Positions 18,055 to 25,541 of a stretch of 50,100 nucleotides of DNA are shown here, in pieces. Made by a program: the position numbers and the translations under genes. This stretch comes from a virus (Duplodnaviria > Caudoviricetes). How positions within the stretch are numbered: position 1 is the stretch's first letter; every line of letters starts with the position of its first letter. The notes under the pieces are model-generated. The model saw only the letters and a list, made by a program, of their open reading frames with translations, did not search any database and was not told where the DNA came from. The stretch lies in the IMG/VR virus record IMGVR_UViG_3300025889_000174, positions 1 to 50,100 of that record; one strand, given 5' to 3'.

Positions 18055-19223
18055 ATCTTTTCGACAAAATAAAGGAAATCAACCTCTCGCCATAAATCAA
18101 TTGTATTATATGCTTTTTTCCATTCCCCAAAGTTTTTCACCTCATCATTTTTTGACCATCCTTGTTTGCCGTAGAAATTTCTTCCATTACAAGAAACAAC
18201 TTTACACGCCTTATAATAAAGATTGTCAAAATTGACATCCTTAAACTCATCTGCCGTTTTCGGATCAAAAATCTTTTCAAAAGTGACAATGGCAAAATCC
18301 ATAAAGTCAAGTTTGATGTGTTCATTTCCCTCTTCGGGAAGTTGACAATTTAAACCAAATGGAATTCCCGATTCATAAATTTGTTTTGCAAAATCAACAT
18401 CATAGTCTTTCCGGAAGTTGTATTGGATTTGTTTAATATTGTTTTTATATGGCATCACAGATTTAATGTCAAAAGGCTTTTCGGTAATGATATAACAATG
18501 ACCGTGAGAAGCGATTTGTTTAATCATATTGTCTTGATTAAAACTATAATCCATTCTAATAACAAGTGGCGCTCCTTTATCGTCAATATTAGCAACGGCA
18601 TCGGGAGCAATCTCGAAATGCTTTTGCATGAATTTATTTCCTATGTAAATAGTTTTAAAATCAAAAGAAACGTCTTTTCCGAGTAATTTTAGAATGTTTT
18701 TGGCAATGTCCTCTGGTTTAATCTTATCGATGATTCTTTCAGGATCATCCAATGAATAAAGAGGTTTGCCGTCCTTATAAGATGTCATTCCAATAAAATC
18801 TTCAGACTTTGTCCAGTATGGCCCAACACATTCAACATAATTATTTGAATAAAGGCATACTATTTTTTTACCATATCCAGATGCGACGTGAACTGGAAAA
18901 CTATCCACCCCGACATGCAAGAGGGAATCCTTAATAATATAAGCGGTTTGGTTAAAGGATGTCTGACCGCAAATGTCAAAAATACCATCTATTTTTATGT
19001 CATCTTTTCCTCCAATTTGAACGATACTGATTCCCATTGCATCCAAATGGGGTTTAATAAGGTTAACTACTTCTTGCCAATATTGATAGGTTTTTGCTGG
19101 CTTTGACGTTGTATGAAGGGTTATATACCTTTCAATGATCATTGGAAAGTAATCCTCATAAACTTCTGGGCGACCAATTTTGACACCCGCTGACTTACTA
19201 TATTCTTCAATTAAATGGGCCAT
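18051..19223 (-). CDS. Glycosyltransferase family 9-like protein (C-terminal GT9 half plus an unknown domain)
   Basis: IVQIGG, GQTSFNQTAYII, HVGVDSFPVHVASGYGKKIVCLY. Confidence 0.75.
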   Translation of the reverse strand: MAHLIEEYSKSAGVKIGRPEVYEDYFPMIIERYITLHTTSKPAKTYQYWQEVVNLIKPHLDAMGISIVQIGGKDDIKIDGIFDICGQTSFNQTAYIIKDSLLHVGVDSFPVHVASGYGKKIVCLYSNNYVECVGPYWTKSEDFIGMTSYKDGKPLYSLDDPERIIDKIKPEDIAKNILKLLGKDVSFDFKTIYIGNKFMQKHFEIAPDAVANIDDKGAPLVIRMDYSFNQDNMIKQIASHGHCYIITEKPFDIKSVMPYKNNIKQIQYNFRKDYDVDFAKQIYESGIPFGLNCQLPEEGNEHIKLDFMDFAIVTFEKIFDPKTADEFKDVNFDNLYYKACKVVSCNGRNFYGKQGWSKNDEVKNFGEWKKAYNTIDLWREVDFLYFVEKI

Positions 19224-19235
19224 AATATCCTTTTA

Positions 19236-19451
19236 TTACAAATGTTTAACTTCCTTGAGAAGGTCTTCTTTTTCTTTTTTTAGCAACTTTAAAATTTCCT
19301 TATTGAGGTGATCGCTATGATATGATCTGGAAGTAATATTTTTCAACCTAATCATAATGTCAAAATTTTTATCACACATTGATATTAGTTCATCTAATAT
19401 TTGCAAGTCTTTATGTAGCTCGGAGGCCTTTTCTAATTTATCCAATTTCAT
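19236..19451 (-). CDS. Hypothetical protein (71 aa)
   Basis: Tightly packed in the - strand operon. Confidence 0.7.
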   Translation of the reverse strand: MKLDKLEKASELHKDLQILDELISMCDKNFDIMIRLKNITSRSYHSDHLNKEILKLLKKEKEDLLKEVKHL

Positions 19452-19475
19452 TGTTTTTTTAATTTTATATTTTTA

Positions 19476-19808
19476 TTAAAAATCGTAAGAGCTAGATTCG
19501 GGCGCAATGTTAAATTTTTCTTTAAGATGATCGATTATTTCTTTTTGAAAACAATCTGGGCATATATCGAAAGATTCAGTAACATAACTGCGACACTCTG
19601 GATATTGACACCCTTTAGACATAGAAATTTGTGTTGATTCAAATTCGTAAGTATTGTCTTTTACAACATCTGTAACCCAAGAATTATGCTCGCAGCCACT
19701 ATAAACATGTTCTTTGTATTTTTTTCTACAAATATCACACTCAATATACTCAAGGTGTTTTGTTGTTTCGACGATTGTTTTTTCTTCTGTTTTGTAATGC
19801 TTCATCAC
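19476..19808 (-). CDS. Hypothetical zinc-binding protein
   Basis: CDIC and DICPDC motifs. Confidence 0.75.
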   Translation of the reverse strand: MMKHYKTEEKTIVETTKHLEYIECDICRKKYKEHVYSGCEHNSWVTDVVKDNTYEFESTQISMSKGCQYPECRSYVTESFDICPDCFQKEIIDHLKEKFNIAPESSSYDF

Positions 19809-20137
19809 TTCTCTTCAATTATTTTAATTTGCGGCGCTGCTAAATCTTTCTTCAATTTTTCGTTTTTTAAATTGACGGTCACTTTATTTGATTTTGGACC
19901 GAATTGTTTTCCGTCATACGGAACAACATTAATAATGTAATCGTAACCACCCAATAAATCAAGTTTAAATTTTGTATTTTTTGTTTTATGGACTGTGACA
20001 AATCCGGTATCAGATTCGACATAAACATTGTATTCTTTTGCTCCGACAATAGGCCTCCACATTAAATAGGATTCAGCATTTGAATTAATTGTAGAAATGG
20101 CGGCCAAGACCAAAAAGATGCTAAATATTTTTTTCAT
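19805..20137 (-). CDS. Secreted fibronectin type III-like protein
   Basis: Signal peptide MKKIFSIFLVLAAISTINSNA; W.P..GA..YNVY, Y.I.V..Y, G..S..V pattern. Confidence 0.7.
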   Translation of the reverse strand: MKKIFSIFLVLAAISTINSNAESYLMWRPIVGAKEYNVYVESDTGFVTVHKTKNTKFKLDLLGGYDYIINVVPYDGKQFGPKSNKVTVNLKNEKLKKDLAAPQIKIIEEK

Positions 20138-20339
20138 ATTTTTTTAAATTTTCTATATCTTTCCATAATTCGTTATGAAGACAAACACAATTATCATGAT
20201 CGTAACCACATTTTTGACAGGTGCAACAAGGTCCATGACTTGGGTTTATCGTTTCTATATAACCCTCTTGTTTAAGTTCTCCATATTCTAAAAAGAGAGA
20301 AATAACATCTTGTAATTTTACAAATTGATCATTTTTCAT
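20121..20339 (-). CDS. Small Cys-rich hypothetical protein
   Basis: HGPCCTCQKC...CVC.HN. Confidence 0.7.
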   Translation of the reverse strand: MKNDQFVKLQDVISLFLEYGELKQEGYIETINPSHGPCCTCQKCGYDHDNCVCLHNELWKDIENLKKYEKNI

Positions 20340-20345
20340 ATTTTT

Positions 20346-20534
20346 TTAAGAAATGACAATCATTGGAAATTCATTTTCTCCAAAGTTATATGTTAATTTT
20401 ATATCATCCACCTTATAAAAATAATCAAAGCCATCTTCATATTCACATTTATAATAAACGTCAGCCCCCTCAAATTCTGAGCAACATTTTTTTTCAATTT
20501 TTTGTAATTTGGCTATCAATTCATTTATTGTCAT
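20346..20534 (-). CDS. Hypothetical protein (62 aa)
   Basis: MTINELIAKLQ start typical of small phage proteins. Confidence 0.7.
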   Translation of the reverse strand: MTINELIAKLQKIEKKCCSEFEGADVYYKCEYEDGFDYFYKVDDIKLTYNFGENEFPMIVIS

Positions 20535-20730
20535 TTTTTAATTCCTTTCCTTCCTTATTATGAATTTTGATTTTGCCAGTCTTGGTTATATAAACTTGTA
20601 AACTTTCCTTTTTAGTTTCGACTTTTAAAACAACCCAACCCTTTTTATAATCAGAGCAACATCTTTCAATTTTTGCCGCGCCGTATTCGAAGCCGTATTT
20701 AGTTTCTTGATAGTGGATTGGCAGATTCAT
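20521..20730 (-). CDS. Hypothetical protein (69 aa)
   Basis: Packed, overlapping ORF in the operon. Confidence 0.7.
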   Translation of the reverse strand: MNLPIHYQETKYGFEYGAAKIERCCSDYKKGWVVLKVETKKESLQVYITKTGKIKIHNKEGKELKNDNK

Positions 20731-20741
20731 AATTTTACTTT

Positions 20742-22679
20742 CTATTTTTTATTAATGTCAAATTCAATTTTATCTTTTCCATTATGCATATAGCCGAGCA
20801 TTCGTTGGGTAGTAATATGCGGCAAAAATGCAATGTCAAAATATCCCTTGTGTCCCCGCTGACCTTCCAGCCAAACAAGTTGATCCATATTGGGAATATA
20901 CGGTATTGTTTTTTTAATGTTTGGATTTCCTTTCAATACATCAAAATTACTTTGATTTGTCGCAACATACAATGCATATTCTGGATACATCTCTTTTATT
21001 GAACCAAATAGTGATGTGCATAAATAAACGTCTCCAATACTATCCGGCATTACAAAGAGAATCTTCTTATCATCTTCAGCATCCAAAAAATCTTCAAAAT
21101 TAATCTTCTTATTTTTGTTATTGTCTTCTCGCGCCACATGTCTGAAATAATTTTCGACTTGTTGCCGAGATAGATCTCTAGATAATCTTTCGATCCAGTG
21201 CTTCAAACCTTCATCTTTTTCATTGACCTCGGTTTTTAATATTTTCTTATAGAGTTGTTTTATCCATTCAATATCATTATCGGAATTTTCAATAATTGCA
21301 TTCGGATCTTTCTCTTCTTTCTCAAAGCTAAATGTAGTATAGTCTACATAAGGCTGTTCGTCAATAAAATTTTCAACAAACTTTGCAATTTTCTTTGAAT
21401 CGAAGTTGTCTAAGGCCCATTGTTTTGTTTTTTGACCTAATTGTTCCTTCTCCCCTTCGGGGAGGGTATAGAATTTTTGGAGAGTTTCGCAGATGCTTTC
21501 TGGTTTTGTTGAGGCTTTATCAAAATTTGTATGTATTTCTTTATAAAAATTAAAGTCCAGTGGCGAAATGACCCCATTTGAAGTATCCACATGGCTCGAC
21601 CCGCAGGAATAATTCGTGCAGGCAGTTGGATTTCCAACTAGCGCAGATTGAATAATCGGGTTCTCTTGGGCTCCACTGGTAAATGCTTGAATATAAACGC
21701 TTTGCAAATTAAATATTTCGTTTAGAACTTCGTCAGTGACCCCAAATCGAACACTTGTAGATACTAGGTTTTTAGTTTGACAATATTTACATTGCAATTC
21801 CTCACCATTAATTGGCAAAATTTCATATTTTTTACAATTTCTACAAATGTATGTAACTAAAATTTCTTTTTTATCTATCCCGTATTCATCTGCGAATTTT
21901 TCTATTGGCCATCCTTCACCGAGGTTCGTATGAATGGCCACATACGTTGGCCTTGTTGGTTTGTATTTTTCTTTCCACATTTTATAGCCCAATAATAGCT
22001 TATCAATGCTCTTTCTCAATTGATTCCTAAATACAAAGCCAATTACAAAAGCATTTACCTCAATATTTTGCTCCACCCTCAACGATACCCTTTTTGACTT
22101 CTCAAGTGGATAAAATTTAGAAACATCAATAGGACCATTTAAGGTTTTGACATGCTTGTGGCCGAGTCTATGCATTTCGTCTTCAGCAAATTTAGACCAA
22201 ACAAAAAAGTTTTTAATTTTTGGAGCATCTTTTACAGCGCTTTCCAAAATTGGAAGTGAATCCAATGTCGTATGAAAAGCAAATGGAATTTTCCCAGATT
22301 CTATGTAACTTCTTGATAGTAAATAATTTTGACCCCAATAATCGTTGCAAATCCATATAAAATCTGGTTTAATTGATTTTACAAGATCGTCTAAAGCGTG
22401 GTCGCCATAAGCCGCCATTCTTGCAGAATGTTGATCACCATTATTGAGGGCATTTAATTCTTCTTGATTATTTGGCAAGCATCCGTAACACTTCCAAGGA
22501 AACATTGATAATTGAGGGTCTCCCTTAATAGACGAACAGCACAAATGATGAATTTCAATTTTATCTGAGGCATTTAAGAACAGATTTTTTAATAAGGTTG
22601 CGCTGCTGCCACCGAATCCAGTTCTTGCGCTTGCTGAATCAGATATATATAGTAATTTTTTCTTTTTTTGTTTTTGCAT
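20742..22679 (-). CDS. Multi-domain glycosyltransferase: GT4-like, DUF4214-like helical domain, and GT9 N-terminal half
   Basis: SDS....TGFG, RNQLRK, SGAQENPIIQSAL.G.P; WIKQLY..IL...DEGL.HW...L....SR..V..YF; ILFVMPDSIGDV. Confidence 0.8.
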   Translation of the reverse strand: MQKQKKKKLLYISDSASARTGFGGSSATLLKNLFLNASDKIEIHHLCCSSIKGDPQLSMFPWKCYGCLPNNQEELNALNNGDQHSARMAAYGDHALDDLVKSIKPDFIWICNDYWGQNYLLSRSYIESGKIPFAFHTTLDSLPILESAVKDAPKIKNFFVWSKFAEDEMHRLGHKHVKTLNGPIDVSKFYPLEKSKRVSLRVEQNIEVNAFVIGFVFRNQLRKSIDKLLLGYKMWKEKYKPTRPTYVAIHTNLGEGWPIEKFADEYGIDKKEILVTYICRNCKKYEILPINGEELQCKYCQTKNLVSTSVRFGVTDEVLNEIFNLQSVYIQAFTSGAQENPIIQSALVGNPTACTNYSCGSSHVDTSNGVISPLDFNFYKEIHTNFDKASTKPESICETLQKFYTLPEGEKEQLGQKTKQWALDNFDSKKIAKFVENFIDEQPYVDYTTFSFEKEEKDPNAIIENSDNDIEWIKQLYKKILKTEVNEKDEGLKHWIERLSRDLSRQQVENYFRHVAREDNNKNKKINFEDFLDAEDDKKILFVMPDSIGDVYLCTSLFGSIKEMYPEYALYVATNQSNFDVLKGNPNIKKTIPYIPNMDQLVWLEGQRGHKGYFDIAFLPHITTQRMLGYMHNGKDKIEFDINKK

Positions 22680-22680
22680 A

Positions 22681-24000
22681 TTAATTAATATTTAATTTTT
22701 TCTTTAAAACTTCTTCGATATTGTTAAACTCTGTATATGGTATTCTAAGCATATCAATATTATTTTTCAAGCAATAATTGTTCTTTTCCAGATCTCTTTT
22801 TTGTAATGATTTAAATTTCTTTTCTCCTCCCCAGTTATCCACTGGTCTAAAGTGCTGTTCTCCATCATATTCTATTATTAAATTATAATCTTTTATATAA
22901 AAATCAAATCTCATCGAGCGTTTTGATTTCAAAAATTTTGCATTGTCAAATTTTGCTTGTGATGAAAATTCTATATCATTCAGCCTTAAAAAATTATCTA
23001 TTTTTCTTTCGCCTGTTGAATTATTGCATGAAGGGCATCCAGCCCCATTAATACAATGGGAGTGGGCTTGTTGAGAAAATATCCCATGATTCAAACATAT
23101 AATATCCACCTTTGTTTGGCCGTTTATATATTTTACCATACTATAATCATATTTGTCTCCATGAATTGACCGCGCATCTTTTATAAATTGGTCGAGTGTT
23201 TTTGTTTGTCTAATTGTGTAATCGTCTTGACTACATGTTTTGCAACCGCATCCTTGAAGATGTGCATTGGACACTTGAAAAAATTTACCATGCTTATCGC
23301 ATATAATTGTCACTGGTGTTCGAATATCGACATATTCTACAAGAGAATAATCATATTTGTTTCCATGTATCTTTCTTGCTCTCTCTATGAATGTTTTTGT
23401 TCCAAGTTTCCTGTTTTCAAATGAGCATTTTTTACATATTTTTCCAGCAATTGGCGCGTCATGCCTCTGCAAGAATTGACCATGATGCTCGCACTCCACA
23501 AGAACCATTGTGTTCTTATTTTTATTAAATTGTAATTCTATATAATTATATTTTTCTTTTAATTCTTCTGGAATTTTTTTTAAGTATTCTTTAAACTCCA
23601 ATCTTTGGGCATCGGTGGCACATTTTTTACACCCATAACCCTTTTTATGAAGCCCAGCTTTGGTTTCGTAAATGCCATGCACTGGACATATAATTTTTAT
23701 TTTATTTTCTTTTTTTGTGGAATTTATTAATGAATAGTCATATTTGTTATTGTGTATTTTTTTGCAATATTCTATAAACTCTTTGTTTGACATTGAGTAT
23801 TTTCCAGCGCATTTTGGGCAACCATTGCCAGCAGGTGCATGACTGTATGCCTCTTGAAAAAAACTATAATTATGAATTTTACAAAAAATCTCTACCTTTT
23901 CTTTTGCGCTTACATATTCGGTTTCACTATAATCATACTTATCACCATGAATGGCCTTGGCTCTTTCAATAAACTTCTCTGTGGTTAACCTCTTTGCCAT
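22681..24000 (-). CDS. Putative homing endonuclease: five zinc-finger (DUF723-like) repeats plus a Vsr/DUF559-like nuclease domain
   Basis: Five repeats of FI..A..IHG.KYDYS...I.C..HG.F.Q...H..G.GC..C; C-terminal FDFYI...IIEYDGEQH. Confidence 0.8.
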   Translation of the reverse strand: MAKRLTTEKFIERAKAIHGDKYDYSETEYVSAKEKVEIFCKIHNYSFFQEAYSHAPAGNGCPKCAGKYSMSNKEFIEYCKKIHNNKYDYSLINSTKKENKIKIICPVHGIYETKAGLHKKGYGCKKCATDAQRLEFKEYLKKIPEELKEKYNYIELQFNKNKNTMVLVECEHHGQFLQRHDAPIAGKICKKCSFENRKLGTKTFIERARKIHGNKYDYSLVEYVDIRTPVTIICDKHGKFFQVSNAHLQGCGCKTCSQDDYTIRQTKTLDQFIKDARSIHGDKYDYSMVKYINGQTKVDIICLNHGIFSQQAHSHCINGAGCPSCNNSTGERKIDNFLRLNDIEFSSQAKFDNAKFLKSKRSMRFDFYIKDYNLIIEYDGEQHFRPVDNWGGEKKFKSLQKRDLEKNNYCLKNNIDMLRIPYTEFNNIEEVLKKKLNIN

Positions 24001-24009
24001 TGTATTCTT

Positions 24010-24206
24010 TTAATTTTTTAATAATTCTTTGTTTTCAAAAATATTACCTACAATTTCACAATACTGAGTGTTCATGCAATCAACAAGATATCCAGTTTCC
24101 AAATCTGCTGGACTTAATGAAATAAATGAAAATCCACAAAAGGGATAGTCTCCACCGCCATAATTTTTGTTTTATTGTATATTCTAAACTTTAATTGTCT
24201 GCTCAT
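24010..24206 (-). pseudogene. Frameshifted, shortened YopX-like remnant
   Basis: N-terminal MSRQLKFRIYNK and C-terminal EIVGNIFENKELLK lie in different frames; span is 197 nt. Confidence 0.6.
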
Positions 24207-24220
24207 AAGTCGATTCGTTT

Positions 24221-24240
24221 AAAAAAGCCCCCTTCGGGGC
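24221..24240 (-). terminator. Rho-independent terminator
   Basis: Minus strand GCCCC-GAAG-GGGGC-TTTTTT just after the stop at 24249. Confidence 0.8.
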
Positions 24241-24248
24241 GCTGTTAA

Positions 24249-24878
24249 TTAAATCAAGTCGTCATCATCGTCTTGCTGTTGCTTCGACGAGGAACTCCCA
24301 CCAAAGTCCCAATTTGCCCAATCATCCTTGACTTCTGTTTTTTGTTCTTGTTTTGGCTGCGGCTGTGGCTGAGAGTTTTGGCCGCCATTATTTTTGTTTT
24401 CTTTGTATTTATTTAAAGCATATTCATTTTGTTTATTGATTGAACTGTGACTTGAAATGGCCAAGCAGGTTCTCAAAAACTCTCTAATCAAAATTCCCTC
24501 ACCAAAGGTAAAGCCAATACGAAGAGAATTGGATTCGTTCTTCTCATTGTTTTTTTGTGTGAGTGATAGTGAATGTCCAACTTGATTATTATCTCTAAGA
24601 TATGGGCCGAAAGAACCAGCCGTAGAACCTAGATCATTTGAATGAAAAATCTTAAACTCCCTATTATTCTCAATGGCGTCAATAATTGTTGCAGCTTCAA
24701 CTGTAGTAAATTTGGCTACAATTTTTACTGGAGAGTTTTTAAAACTTCCCCGCTTTTTTGTATCATCCCAGCCGGTTTGTTTAATCATTTCAATAAAAAT
24801 TGAATCATAACCTTTATTGAATTTGATGGAAGTGGCCGTGCCTGAGACTCTTGGATTTGGTTTGTAGAACTGAATCAT
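24249..24878 (-). CDS. Putative single-stranded DNA-binding protein
   Basis: Beta-rich N-terminal domain, Q/P/G linker and acidic tip DDDDDLI; has its own promoter and terminator. Confidence 0.5.
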   Translation of the reverse strand: MIQFYKPNPRVSGTATSIKFNKGYDSIFIEMIKQTGWDDTKKRGSFKNSPVKIVAKFTTVEAATIIDAIENNREFKIFHSNDLGSTAGSFGPYLRDNNQVGHSLSLTQKNNEKNESNSLRIGFTFGEGILIREFLRTCLAISSHSSINKQNEYALNKYKENKNNGGQNSQPQPQPKQEQKTEVKDDWANWDFGGSSSSKQQQDDDDDLI

Positions 24879-24920
24879 AATGTTTTTTTCTTTCTTTTTA
24901 ACTGTTTTTGTATGTCAATA

Positions 24921-24948
24921 AGTATAACAAAATGGTGAAAAAAGTCAA
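24921..24948 (-). promoter_or_regulatory. Sigma70-like promoter
   Basis: TTGACT-16-TATACT with TG extension. Confidence 0.7.
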
Positions 24949-24953
24949 CTTAA

Positions 24954-25541
24954 TTAATAATAAATCTTTGGCGACCGATAAAGTAAATTTCCAGTGCATT
25001 CATGGGCCTCAGTTCTATCCAATAAATCAACTCCAATATATTGAAAAGCAGAAAAAACTAATTTAAAGCAAAAGAATTTATTTTTATTGTGGATATTTTT
25101 GTTTAACGCTATCCCAATTGCTCCCAAATAGTCGTAATCTTTTCCAATTTGCGCTTCAAGAAAATCAATGATGAATTGAGTATAAAAAGGATCATAATCA
25201 ACATTAAAAGTTTCGGTGTCCTCCCAATCGGTTATCTTCTTTTTCCTAACTCCAGCTCCTTGCCAGCTTTCAATAATAGTCTCGCCGTCCGGTAAGAGAA
25301 TAGCCGCATGAGAATACTTACTATTAGTTCTCCATTGAATCAATTTTGAAAATAGGCCTCGCCCTTTAAAAAGAATGATTTTTACTTTTTTCTTATCGGT
25401 ATCCAAAAGGCCTTCCCCCTCTGTTTTTTCAAATTCATCTTGAAAATATTTTAATTGGGCGGCTCTCCATGCTGAGTTTTGGCATTGCCTTGACTTTGTG
25501 ATTAAATCACGATAATAACTATGATATTCTAAACTTTTCAT
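24954..25541 (-). CDS. Permuted papain-like NlpC/P60 protein (YiiX/YebB-like)
   Basis: SKYSHAAI, IIES, QIGKDYDY, then FFC (His precedes Cys). Confidence 0.75.
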   Translation of the reverse strand: MKSLEYHSYYRDLITKSRQCQNSAWRAAQLKYFQDEFEKTEGEGLLDTDKKKVKIILFKGRGLFSKLIQWRTNSKYSHAAILLPDGETIIESWQGAGVRKKKITDWEDTETFNVDYDPFYTQFIIDFLEAQIGKDYDYLGAIGIALNKNIHNKNKFFCFKLVFSAFQYIGVDLLDRTEAHECTGNLLYRSPKIYY

